Shown in pieces: positions 9,101 to 19,480 of a DNA stretch of 64,000 nt. The stretch is taken from positions 26,226,001 to 26,290,000 of the forward strand of contig JBHGNT010000001.1 in assembly GCA_043228905.1 (NCBI GenBank). Direction: 5' to 3'. Under the pieces are notes generated by a model. The model ran no database searches, had not been told where the DNA came from, and worked only from the letters and a program-made list of their open reading frames with translations. The position numbers were made by a program, and so were the translations under genes. Source of the DNA: Azolla caroliniana. Its lineage: Eukaryota; Plantae; Polypodiophyta. The first letter of the stretch is position 1; each line of letters starts with the position of its first letter.

Positions 9101-12032
9101 CGCCAAAGAAATGAAGCCGGAAGATAAAGCGGCGATGATCAAACTTCTCACGGAGTTTCGCGACGTATTCGCCTGGTCATACGAAGACATGCGAGGGCTG
9201 GACCCTCAATTATATCAGCATCAGATCCACTTAGGCAAGGACGCGAAACCAGTGGCGCAACGACGATACCGAATGAACCCCAACTACGCCGCCAAAGTAA
9301 AAGAGGAAATCGACAAACTCCTAAGAGTGGGCTTCATCCGGCCGGTAAAGAAAGCGACGTGGCTGAGCCCCATCGTCGTCGTCCCCAAGAAGAACGGTAA
9401 AATCCGTGTGTGTGTTGATTACAGGAAACTAAATGCCGCCACAATTACGGATGCCTTCCCTCTTCCGTTCACGGACGGAGTACTGGATGCTGTCGCCGGC
9501 CATGAAGTTTATAGTTTTTTAGACGGCTTCAGCGGATACAATCAAATCCGGATGCACCCCGACGACCAGGAGAAGACAGCGTTCGTCACCGAATGGGGGG
9601 TGTTTGTGGCCGAAGTCATGATGTTCGGCCTAAAAACGGCACCAGCAACGTTCCAGCGAATCATCATGGAGATCTTCGGCGAATACATTCCTGCCTTCAT
9701 GCAAGTTTTCCTGGATGATTTTGCAGTTTATAGCCGGGGAAAAGACCATTTGCAGCACCTACGGTTATGCCTTGAAAAGTGTAGGTTATACCGGCTAAGC
9801 TTAAACCCAGCAAAATGCATCTTTGGGGTTTCAAGTGGAATATTGCTGGGACACATTGTAAGTAAGGAGGGCATTGCGGTCGACCCGGACAAAGTAAACG
9901 CCATACTAGGGGCACCGGCGCCGAAAACGGCCAAAGCACTAAGCCGATTCCTAGGACAAATCCGGTGGCACAGCCGGATGCTCCGTCACTTGGCGGACTT
10001 GGCGACACCATTACACACCGCGGTACATCGGACACCGTTCCAATGGACGGAGACGGAGGATAAGGCATACAATGCCCTGAAGGTACTTTTGTCGCAAGCA
10101 CCTGTCGTACAGCCTCCGGATTGGAGCAAGGAATTTCACGTGTTCGTGGACGCGTCCGACATCGCTATTGGCAGCGCCTTAATGCAACTTACGGAGCCTA
10201 AATGGTACCGGCCGGTATATTACGCCAGCCGGAAACTATCCCAAGCGGAGAAGAACTATTCAACGACGGAACGGGAGGCCCTGGGCATGATCTACAGTGT
10301 AACAAAGTTTCGTCACTACCTATTGGGAAGGAAGTTCTCCTTCCATGTAGATCACTCGGCGCTCCTCTACTTAGTTTCCAAGGCGTCCCTGACCGGTAAG
10401 TTGGCCCGTTGGACCTTACTGTTGCAGGAGTTCGAATTCGAGATTTTCCACCGGCCCGGTATCCAGCATGCCGTAGCAGACTACCTGAGCCGGTTAGAGT
10501 CCGGAGAACCAGGCGACGGAGTAGCGGATGAATTCCCGGACGCGGAGTTATTCCGTATCACCCCGGAAACGGCAGCGGACGACACGGTGGCATCAGAAGA
10601 TAAATGGCTGACAAACATGCACCAGTTCCTAAGCACGGGCCTGCCACCGGAGGAAATGAACCGGGACGAGAGGAAACGACTGGCGGTGCAGAGCCGCAAT
10701 TTCTGTCTGTTACGGGACACTCTCTACCACAAAGGAGCAGATGGAATATGGAGACGGGCAGTCCGTAGTGACGAGAAAGAAGTAATCTTACGGGAAGCAC
10801 ACTGTGGGGTTGCCGGAGGACACTATGCCGGGGAAGCAACGGCAAGAAAGGTATGGCAGAGCGGTTTATGGTGGCCCACGACGCTAAAAGATGCCGTCAA
10901 GTATGCTAAGGAATGTGACCTATGCCAACGAATGGGCCAGCCTACGGAGCAAGCACGGATGCCACACCAACCGGTACTTCCACTAGAGCCATTCCAGAAG
11001 TGGGGATTGGATTTTGTCGGACCGTTCAAGCCACCGGCAATGAGAACGGGTAATCGTTACGTCATCGTGGCAACGGATTATTGCACGAAATGGGTGGAAG
11101 CTAAGGCCCTGAGAGACAACACCGCGTCATCCACAGCAAAATTCCTGTACGAGAACATTTGGTGCCGATATGGATGTCCGATTGAACTGATCAGTGACCA
11201 AGGAGGGCATTTCCTCGGTCAGGTAGTGGAAAGCTTAACAACGTTCTATGCCGTGGTCCATAAAAGAAGCACACCGTACTACCCACAGGCGAACGGGTTA
11301 GCAGAGTCCACCAACAAAACGCTGCAGAACATTCTCCGCAAAATTGTCAATGAAAACCGGACGGACTGGGACACAAAGCTCCATAGTGCGCTATGGGCGT
11401 ACCGAACGGCATACAAAACAAGTATCCGGACAACGCCGTTCCGGCTAGCATTCGGCTTAGAAGCGGTCATGCCGGTCGAGTTTCAGGTACCAAGCTTACG
11501 GATCCAACTACGGGAACGGCTGAATGAAAAGAAGTCGGAGGAAATGCGGCTAGCAGCACTATGCGAACTGGAGGAGCAACGGCTGGCCAGCATCCTACAC
11601 ATGGAACTGGAGCAACGACGACGGAAAGCGTTCGTTGACCGTCACCGGAAAGGTAATGAGAAAATGTTCGAAATCGGAAAGCCGGTGCTAGTATTCCAAA
11701 CGAGGATGGGCAAGATGCCGGGTAAACTCCGGTTCAGATGGACAGGCCCGTATTGGCTGACACGGGAATACAACGGGTCCTATCAGATAGGGACACTTGC
11801 CGGGGAAGTAGTAGGCAAGTGGGTGAATGGATTTCGACTAAAGCCCTATAAAGGACCGATGCCAAAGAACCCGTTTATGCAGCTCACCGGCACTACACCA
11901 GGAACCTGTCCGGGATCGGTACGGATCGATCCGGAAGAAAAAGACGACGGGGAACCTGTAGTAAATACGAAGGAAGACACGGCAACCCGTAAGGACAACG
12001 GTCAGGGTCTGAAGGGACCTACGGATGTGTAA
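6168..12032 (+). CDS. Gag-Pol polyprotein, 1954 aa, single ORF
   Basis: Gag, three CCHC knuckles, protease IDGGSGVN, RT DYRKLN and FLDD, RNase H FVDAS, integrase HHCC, DDE and WTGPY. Confidence 0.95.
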   Translation: MTRPTHDLVTDRARRIAERQRRRETFQQAAQEIRSDRSFSNEIRRVAEESLRLRQTRNQDDGSSLSSLRETERLLEALASGENEAEAFSAYESDSEGGYSVHTNYRSSNDTPGGPEDDGSDTVPTPEPEPLNQGYPEPQTEAVNPPTPEVEEAKPPTPTKGPAIAPEEEPEKEPEKGPAKEPEVEPEKEPEKYQQTPLQRGLILDDDMPFQYSKYRDDPDAEAHVDDFEQTWEANHTSQRMTPEEEERSKIAEFGVTLEGPATRWRRSQDPATITTFAELKAKFLHFFHKEVDQTTMVGLFYTIRQEAGESIPQFVIRFQRMHSQLARAPPEEELRTIFLNALREPLRTVCTVIDFRGCTIDQVIDRVREMEKTSSWLTLGTLQRALPTEEDLRFRQAIQCTICLNAGHSAVECTMRTQCVICQSKSHTTDRCEYNLLNRQAPPVRRIEPRNSQDEDEDRWQKMNRYRPAQDVRYGDRQENDGRYGNRRDNYDRYERSDRYREPNRRHEQYDRDHSPGYRRHQEDYGRFYDPPRPDYRNKHKNNKKRNFKKGGHPRDPEHGTPRSQPAQNAPLATGPTPATSNAESSNTRKEYCYYCRQEGHYSNQCPVKSYEKRPAVNMVVPEVADLQQVTTRSKGMAKEWETQEAIRKQATEWVKEANERNVADAERQKATTIGSAGGSHPENETWQALQECQITLPLGRLLQLVPRFTEGLKTVMTDGIAPPAPVLFSNPEEGPTVVDTSSPVITAIVKGHELPGTVIDGGSGVNVISLRTCEALGIHEWEPCPFWLRMADTSSVRPTGLIRKLEVTIGGHTFHISAVVLQLQAQGAYPLLLGRPWLKTAHIKQNWRKNMITFRRGKAKVRVPTQPRTSNGKECTPLYAECVNMLEGLADDEEARYLEEHPKIVPLFEIDVAEAVAAYLPQRDDTEAEPDKYAIRELRQAQEALEREMAVSQRVKASQLDEVNLGSKDESKPVHIAKEMKPEDKAAMIKLLTEFRDVFAWSYEDMRGLDPQLYQHQIHLGKDAKPVAQRRYRMNPNYAAKVKEEIDKLLRVGFIRPVKKATWLSPIVVVPKKNGKIRVCVDYRKLNAATITDAFPLPFTDGVLDAVAGHEVYSFLDGFSGYNQIRMHPDDQEKTAFVTEWGVFVAEVMMFGLKTAPATFQRIIMEIFGEYIPAFMQVFLDDFAVYSRGKDHLQHLRLCLEKCRLYRLSLNPAKCIFGVSSGILLGHIVSKEGIAVDPDKVNAILGAPAPKTAKALSRFLGQIRWHSRMLRHLADLATPLHTAVHRTPFQWTETEDKAYNALKVLLSQAPVVQPPDWSKEFHVFVDASDIAIGSALMQLTEPKWYRPVYYASRKLSQAEKNYSTTEREALGMIYSVTKFRHYLLGRKFSFHVDHSALLYLVSKASLTGKLARWTLLLQEFEFEIFHRPGIQHAVADYLSRLESGEPGDGVADEFPDAELFRITPETAADDTVASEDKWLTNMHQFLSTGLPPEEMNRDERKRLAVQSRNFCLLRDTLYHKGADGIWRRAVRSDEKEVILREAHCGVAGGHYAGEATARKVWQSGLWWPTTLKDAVKYAKECDLCQRMGQPTEQARMPHQPVLPLEPFQKWGLDFVGPFKPPAMRTGNRYVIVATDYCTKWVEAKALRDNTASSTAKFLYENIWCRYGCPIELISDQGGHFLGQVVESLTTFYAVVHKRSTPYYPQANGLAESTNKTLQNILRKIVNENRTDWDTKLHSALWAYRTAYKTSIRTTPFRLAFGLEAVMPVEFQVPSLRIQLRERLNEKKSEEMRLAALCELEEQRLASILHMELEQRRRKAFVDRHRKGNEKMFEIGKPVLVFQTRMGKMPGKLRFRWTGPYWLTREYNGSYQIGTLAGEVVGKWVNGFRLKPYKGPMPKNPFMQLTGTTPGTCPGSVRIDPEEKDDGEPVVNTKEDTATRKDNGQGLKGPTDV

Positions 12033-12108
12033 GGTCACACACCGTCATTAAATATTTAAAAAAAAAAAAAAAAAAAAAAAATCATTAAAAATCGAGGTAT
12101 GAACGGGT

Positions 12109-15099
12109 GTGAAAGCGAGGCGCGAAAAGGTACGTAGTGGGCATTTAAGAGACGCCACGCTACTTAATACTAAATTGGTACACGACGTGTGCATGCTCGA
12201 AAAAGGCGCCAAAACGCACAAAGAAGAAGCAGAACGCATGGAGACCTTTTCATTTCGCGAGCCACGAAGCACAGAAGCACCAAGACAGTGGAAGCTGAGC
12301 AAACGCGAACCTGCACGCAGAGAACCCCCGCGCTCAGAACGCTCTCTCTCTCGCTCTCACTCTCATCACCACTCTACCTCGCCATCTTCCCTCGACCTTG
12401 AAGCAGACATGGAACCACAAACGCTGTCGGAAGCGGCCAGGAAATGGTTCAGGCAAAACGGACTGGAGGGGTTCTTGGCCATCATGGAGGCACCGCCGCA
12501 CAGAGAAGCCGACCGGGTCATCAAGGAACTCGCCACAGAGGTCATCACCGAGGAAGCGATCCGCGCGCTAACAGGCCTTCCGGAGGGAGGAATCTTTCAG
12601 ATCGATAACCCAACCTCGGAGCAACTCACCCGATATTTCGGTGAGTACTCTGTTGCCGGCAAAGGCTATCGGACGCAGGGCGGCGAAGATCCGCTATTCA
12701 GGGAGATAGCTCGAGTGCTCCATGAATACGGTCACGTGTACCCCCGACCCCCTGTCATGCCAAAAAATCGGGCAGGGATGATCATAGCCACCTATGAAGG
12801 GGTCAAGGTGGACTGGCCGGTGTTGATTGCAGACGGGTTGTGCATGGCAATCGACATGGTACGAGGGAAGGACGGCAAGGAGGGCCGGAAGCTGTGGCAC
12901 GCCGTAGCTCAATGGATAACATTGCTCGTGCCGCCGGTCGAGACCGTCCAGCCAAAGAAGCGGCCAAGAGTATCGGAAGGAAGCACCTCGAAGCCGGCGT
13001 CCAAACGACAGCAGCTGCTGGCGTCGAAGGCGACGAAAGGGAAGAAACGGGCCCCAGAACCGGAGGAGGTGTCACCGGTCCGACCCGTCAAGATAACCTT
13101 ACGGAGACCAGGACAGAAGGAACCGGAACCCTTGACGGCACAGAAACATGCCGTGACACAGGAAGAGGAAACGGAGGAGCCAGAAGAGCACCTCCAACGA
13201 CGGTCAAGAAGTAGGACCCCCGAGACAGGAGGGGAGCGGTCGTACCCGCGAGAGGCAGAAACGCCCCCAACTCAACCTGAGCAAACCACAAGGGAAGAAC
13301 CGGAACCGGTGCGTAGGGAACCGGTCTTGTCGACTTCTATAGAAGAAGTTAGTCCAACGGCTCCGGAGACGGCAAGAACCGGAACTCAACAGCCGGCGAG
13401 CCCAGCCAGAGCACACGGCGGCCAAGGAGTAGAACCAGAACGGCATATGCAGGCACTCAGGCCAGACAATTCCACAGGGAATGAGCCGACCCGACCAGTA
13501 CAGCAACAAGGCACCAGTAGCATGTGGCTACGGTGGGTAGGCGAGCAAATCGCCGGAGTGGTCGAGTATATAGAGGCGGAAGAGAGAACGCACCAGGAAC
13601 GGTTGCTCGTCACAACCGCAGATCTAGAGACGGCCCGGTCCAGAATCCGGAGCCTAGAACAAGACTTGGACAGGGTCACAAGGGAAATGGCGCAAGTGGC
13701 TGTGACAACACAAGTCCAAGCACCGGTGACTCCGGGCAATGTACAGAATAAAACGGCGGATCAACCTGTACATAGCAATCAGACCCCGGCAACGGAAACC
13801 GTTCCGGAGAGAAATGCGGCGCAAGCCCAAGAGCTTGCGGATTTAAAGGATGAGCTTGCTGCCCAAGAAGCGTTGAGGAGCCGCGAAAGAGAATTGAAGA
13901 CGGCAGCGGAGGCAGAACTCAAAAAGACTGCTGAGAATCTACGCCGGGCCGAGGAGAGCTTACGGAAAGGCCACCAAGCGTACGACCGGCTCAAGGAGGA
14001 AAAGGAGAAAATGCTGCAAGAGAAGGACAAGCTCCGGAGGAACGCCGAAACAGAAGTAGAGCGCCTGAAAGAGGAACTCCGGCAGGTAAAGGACCGGGAG
14101 GACCGGAACCATCGCCAGATCAACGGCAAGCTCAAACAAAAAACGGAGGAATTTGAGCAATTGCACCGGGAGTATAAACGGTTGCAAACGGAGCACAAGG
14201 AACGGACGGATGAGCTCCGGCAAGCAGTTGATCGGACCGCAACCGCATTCGCCAAGGAACAAGCGGAAAACAGAAGACGGTTGGAAGAGGCGGAGAAGGT
14301 TCGGACAGAGCTCCTCAGGCAACAGCAGGCGGAAAAAGAAAGAGCGGCGGAGGTACTGCAGAGGCTGCAAACGACATATCAAGGGCGCTACAGGGAGCAG
14401 GCGGAGGATACGGCAAATCTCATCAAGCAGTTGAAGGAGGAGCGACAAGTGGTGGAAAGCAGAGCACAAATGGGAGCAAGTCGCATCCAGGATATTATGC
14501 GGGCCTGGTTGAACCAGACCAAGAGCTTGATTGACAACGGGTCCGTCAAATGGTGGACCAAGTGGGCCACGAACGCGGCGGAACTCCAATTGCTCCGGGC
14601 TGACGTAGAGAACCGGCGGAAGGAGGGAGATGATTGCTATATGCTGACTTCCGAAGACTTCACCGGCATAAGAGATGAGCTTGCCGAAGACTTTCAAGCC
14701 TTGGCAGAAGACCAATTAGAGCAAGTCCGGCAACTTGTAGCTCAGCTGGACGACGACAGGCTGGAGGCGCAGATCCAGTTTGAAAGCTACGAGAGGTCCC
14801 GGATCCGGGGAGAGAAAGAACGAGAACCAGTTACGGTCAACCTCAGTGATGAGGAACCGTTACTGGAAGGAGACCGGACCGGAAGCAGTCAAACGGAGAT
14901 GCCGGAGCCAGAGAGACAAACGGAGCAGCCGGAGTCAGCGAAGCAAACGGAGCAGCAGCAGCAAGCAGAGCAGCCGGAGCAACCTTAGTCCCAACCGCAA
15001 CCACAGCAGCAGCAGCAAGCACAGCCGCAACAACCACAACCGGAAGAACAAGTGGAAATTCTTGAACAAACTATTTTGGACAATTTGGGTGAACAATGA
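12109..15099 (+). CDS. Extra ORF downstream of integrase; globular N-terminal part, long coiled coil, Q/P-rich tail; TAG at 14986 probably a mutated CAG
   Basis: 959-aa open frame (first ATGs 12193, 12238, 12409); frame continues 36 codons after the TAG to TGA at 15097-15099. Confidence 0.8.
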
Positions 15100-15132
15100 A
15101 GGGGCCGAGAAGGGTTCGACGTACAAGGTACT

Positions 15133-15149
15133 GTCCCACGGGCGTGCCA
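15133..15149 (+). other. Sense copy of a tRNA-Arg(UCU)-like 3' end with CCA at the PPT position (a PBS on the minus strand)
   Basis: GTCCCACGGGCGTGCCA followed by TG and the LTR; reverse complement TGGCACGCCCGTGGGAC. Confidence 0.75.
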
Positions 15150-15151
15150 TG

Positions 15152-15548
15152 TGTTACCGGCCGGCAAGGAGTCCAAAATACGGAGTGAAGGAATTAATTA
15201 GATATGGTTGTAAATGAGCATAGTGTGGACGGACGGACTGGAAACGGTATGCCGTTCCAGATCCGGACCGATCCCGAAAAGGTGCCGGTTGGCACCGTTT
15301 TGTACTACGGGCCGGAAACCTATTTAAAGGCCCGGACCCCATTGTAATGACAGCGGATAATTAATAGAGATTCTGATGTTTATACTTCTGTCTTGATTTC
15401 CGTTCTGTAATCACTGTTATATCTTACGCGTGTAATTAACCAAAGCAATCTAATCGTGTAACCTACGTAAGTCGGTGTAATCGTTGAATCTTAATCCTAT
15501 GCCGTAATCACCCTTTGGTGAAGTGTCTCCGTGACACCTTGTGTTACA
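15152..15548 (+). repeat. 3' LTR of inner element, 24 bp shorter at its distal end
   Basis: Identical to 5696-6090 then ends CA. Confidence 0.9.
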
Positions 15549-15564
15549 TAAATCGACCTTCCGG

Positions 15565-16520
15565 TAAATCGACCTTCCGGCGAAGGCCTCCGCGAACTCG
15601 TCTATGGTCGGTCCAATCCCTGCGTTCCGAATGGTCACCCTATTGACCGGTTGCAGGTCCTGAATGAAGCGCAATGATCCGTTTTTCTTTGGTACGGTAA
15701 ACCATCGGTTTGAATACGGGGCGCTCGACGGCTCGAGAATGCCCATATCAACTTTCTGCTTCAACAGCTCCATCAACTTCGGGATGTGAGCTCTCGGAAC
15801 CGGAATTGGCTTGAGATTCCACGGTACATGCGGTACCGTGAATATCACCATCGACTCTACGATCGTCGGGTTTACGCACCCGATTTCCTCCGGTGAGAAT
15901 GCGAAGGCTTTCCCGTGCCTTCCGAGCATTCTCCGAAACCGGTCTTCCTCCGCCGGTAGTAGGAACCCGCCCCCACCGATTTTTAGCTCCCGGAGCGTCT
16001 CGTTGGTGAAGGTATGTCCTATACAGGCCGGATCTCGTAAGCTGGGGTCCGATGCAACCCCTTTGATTCGCGACTCGCTGCCCTCCGGTAACGGTACCGC
16101 GACTGGCCTTACCTTCCGGTCCACAGTCTTGTACTTGGTGCTTACTCGGGCCGTCCGATCCGACTCGAGCCCCCGACCAAAGTCCACGATGACTTCGTAC
16201 ATTTCTTCGGAACATACCGGTATCGTCCGGTCTTCGTTAAGGTCTTCTTCGACTACCTTCCCCAGCATTCCCAAGGTGTCGTCGAAGGAGACCGCCTCCA
16301 CGGCGCCACTGATTTCTTCGTCAGGGCCGAGAACTCCGCACGCTCGAAGTCTCCCCTCCGTCTTTGTTTTCTCTCGGCCGGCGATGCCGACCATCGTACA
16401 TGCTCCGCTGTCGGAGAAGCAAAATTTCCTACCTATTGTACACGGTTTTATCGTACAGATGTGGGGTTTTCCCGGAGCATCCGGACTGTCGCGGCCCCAC
16501 GCCTTGGCAGTCCTCTCTAA
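15565..16520 (-). pseudogene. Outer pol, 5' part (RT N-terminus), in the -1 frame relative to gag-PR
   Basis: VPKKNGSLRFIQDLQPVN; frame open back to the GGATTTTTAG site. Confidence 0.88.
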
Positions 16521-16526
16521 AAATCC
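16483..16526 (-). promoter_or_regulatory. Candidate -1 programmed ribosomal frameshift signal
   Basis: G GAT TTT TAG, 6-nt spacer, stem GGACTG...CAGTCC. Confidence 0.7.
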
Positions 16527-18643
16527 TCTCGGTTTTCGAAACCGAGGGAGTCGCGGTTACGTTCGTGGTTCGGCCGTACCGTCAGAAACTGGACTGAATG
16601 GCGCCCGTCTTGGCTTTTGACCCTCGCGTAGGCCGAACCATTGTCCAGCACCTTGGTCTCCATTCGCGCCGCCGTGATGTACGGCTCTCCCAGTATGACC
16701 GGATGCGAGGAGGTCTCCTGCACGAAGAAGTGATGGTCAATCTCGACGTCGCCGATCTTGACTCGCACATTCGGACAGGCCCCGTGCAGTTCCTCGGTGG
16801 CGCGCGTTGCTGCCCTTATTTTCCACCCGTGCTTGGTGTTGATCGGCCATTTGCCCTTCTTATAGAAGTCCATGGACATCAAATTGATCTCCGATCCGTG
16901 GTCCACCAAAGCTATCACCGGTTCCTGGACATCGCCGATCTTCACCGGGGTTTCCGTGGTCGCTCGGGCCCAGTGTGGTCTCGAATAGTGGCTTTCCGCC
17001 CACTCGTCTACCAGCGCCATGTCGTCTAGGTGCGTCGTCCGCACTTCCGTCGGTCTTTCCGGTTCTGTCTCCGTTGATAGCCTCTTCCGTTTCACCAAGT
17101 CCACGATGGAGTCGTGGAACTCCTTCTTGGTGATTCCCAGCACCTCTCGTAACGACAGCTCCACCTTGCTGTCGAGGATCCGTTCCTCCAGGACCTTCCG
17201 TAAGTCCGTGGTCCTTTCTATCTCCGTCCCCAGACGGTACCCGCCCTTCTGGGGTTTATCTTGCGTGCCGGCCCCGCCGGCTTCGTCCCGTCGTGGCCCG
17301 GACCGGGTCTCGTATCGTTGTGAGGGCCCGGTCGTCCCGGGTTTCCCCACCCGCTTCTCTTCTACCAGAGCCTCGTAGTTCTGGCAAGCGGCTTCCACGA
17401 AGCCCGTCTTTTCCTCGACCGGGTCGCTCCACCCGGTCATCTCCCGTACCCGTTTCTCCGCACTGTCTGATTCCTCCCTTTTAAGTCTTGCACCGGCAAG
17501 GCCTTCCAGCATCGTCGGCCAGAATCCGGCTTTGCTTTCCCTTCGGGCCTCGCCGCCCCCGACTCGAATGCCGGCCGACGCCGAGTAGTGGACGGTTTCC
17601 GCGTGTCGGGCCGCCGCCTCTTCCATCACCCTTTTCATACCACCTCGCCCGTCGTTTCGGCTCAGGGCCCTTCGGGTGTCGCTGGCATGCACCCGTCCTT
17701 CCCACAGGTACACCACCCTGTTCCTCAGCGCCTCCGCGAAGTCGCCGCAGTCCTTCCGAATGTGGCCGACTTCATCGCACCACATGCACCTGTTTCCTGC
17801 CGCCGGCCGTCGGTCACGAGCCGGTTCGCCACCTTCCCTTCGGGCTTGCGCGATTTGGAGGTCCTTTATCGCCCTCGTCAATTCCTCCAGCGCCGCTCCT
17901 CCGGTTGAGCCTCTGACTACGCCGGTCGAAGCCGAACCGGTTTACAACCATTCTCGGGTCTCTTCCTTTCGCACCTGTGGCGCTGGTTTGAGCTTCCTTG
18001 CTGCGACCAAGCCCGACCCGGTTGCCCCGTTATCCGCCCATTCTTGCCGTTTGTCGAAACGGCCACAGACTTTCTTGACAGCCGCCCAGTCGGTAGTGAG
18101 CCCGTCTTCGGTTTCCAGCAAGAGGCCCACTTGCTCTCGATCCCGCTCGTCGACCGACTTGACAAACAGCAAGACCCGGCTCGTGTCCAGGATGGTTCGG
18201 TCGAGCGCCGAAAGGCGCACAAAGTTTTCCTCGAACTCCCGGAGGAGTGCCGACGCGTTTCTTCCCTTCCCCGGGGACTCCACCCATTCCATGAACCTTC
18301 GCTTCGAAAGCCGGAGCGCGTCGTCCAGCCCGTATTTCTCTAGGAGCCGACCTTCGAACTCCTCCCAGGTACGGCTCTCCGCCCGCACCTCGAGCACCTC
18401 CGCATGGATGCTCGGCATCGCCACTCGGGGAAATCCGGCAAGACGCCTTTCTTCCGGAATGTCCCGCATCAGCATCTCTGCACCGTAGGACGCCAAATAC
18501 TTCGTGGCATCCTTCCCATCGAACCGGCCGATCGTGCCGACGACCGCCTCAATGGCTCTGTCAAGGGCACCGGTGCCCTCGCGCGCGTTTACAATCCAGT
18601 CCACGGCCGAAGCCATGGCCTCTGCAAGATCCGACCCCCTCAT
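16517..18643 (-). pseudogene. Outer gag-protease ORF with one in-frame TAA at 17942-17944
   Basis: ORFs 17942-18670 and 16517-17881 share a frame; knuckle CMWCDEVGHIRKDC; protease LVDHGSEIN and VILG. Confidence 0.88.
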
Positions 18644-18665
18644 CTTCTGCTCTTCTGCCGCCTCC

Positions 18666-18683
18666 TTCACGTCGGGTTCACCA
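18666..18683 (-). other. PBS of outer element, tRNA-Trp
   Basis: Plus strand TTCACGTCGGGTTCACCA equals the recalled 3' end of plant cytosolic tRNA-Trp; 4 nt from the LTR. Confidence 0.85.
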
Positions 18684-18687
18684 AAGA

Positions 18688-19480
18688 TGTCGAGATATTA
18701 CGCAAGTGCGTGTGGAAACGAGGCGGGACCGCGGGGGTCTCGAACCAAAGAGCAAACGAGGGAGGAGAAAGAGAGAGAACCAGCTACGCAGGACCGGGGA
18801 TACACAGGGACACGGCCCTTCAGCACGGAGAACGCGAACAGACACCGACACAGACAGATGCGAATGACTAAATATGTATATTAACAAAAATGGCTAACAC
18901 GACTACAACCCTCGATGGGGCACAAGTTGGCTACAACTGAACAGGCCGGCGAACAGATGCCGATGCCTGTTCGCTTCGACGCACAAAGGGGTAGCAGGTC
19001 GGAGGTGCTGCCGGAAGCACTCGGGCGTTCCTCGAAACAGCGCGAGCCTCCTCGGAACCCTGCACAGAAAAGCTATGGAGCTCAAGAAGGAAGGAAACAG
19101 AGAGAGAAGCGTCCAGAAACGGTCCGGCAGCACTTCGTCCTCTCTGCACGAGATCCCTGCAACAGCTCTTTCCTGCTCCTTATATAGGCCGACGAGTAGG
19201 CCGTCATGTCAGCTTTATTCCCTGTCCCTTTTGGACAGGGATCCGCTCCGTTCTACACGCATCCGCGTAGTTACGCCGCCGACTCGTACAGTTCCTTAGC
19301 TCGCGTGCGCGACCGAAAAGACTGTTCGCGCGGTCTTTGTCTCCACTTGTGTTAGGGCCCGTTCCTGCCGATTATCCTCCTAATTCGCTTCTATGTACAA
19401 CTTGGAGCGTGCGCGCGTGAAGAACCGGTTCCCACGCCTTGGTGCGCCGATTCCGCCTATGGACGGTTTTCTTCACGACA
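18688..19480 (-). repeat. 5' LTR of outer element
   Basis: 793-bp match to 2300-3092; adjacent to the PBS. Confidence 0.95.

Larger units (their letters stand above)
5696..15548 (+). mobile_element. Inner nested Ty3/gypsy non-chromovirus element with an extra 3' ORF
   Basis: LTRs identical by eye over 395 bp, TAAAT on both flanks, intact gag-pol. Confidence 0.95.
2300..19480 (-). mobile_element. Outer Ty3/gypsy LTR retrotransposon, full length, interrupted by a nested element
   Basis: 793-bp LTR pair with TG...CA ends, TCGT on both flanks, PBS, PPT, domain order gag-PR-RT-RH-INT on minus strand, no chromodomain. Confidence 0.95.

Noticed and set aside
3300-18900. Many 100-270 aa antisense or alternative-frame ORFs
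   Set aside because: Shadows of GC-rich retrotransposon coding sequence with no independent motifs.
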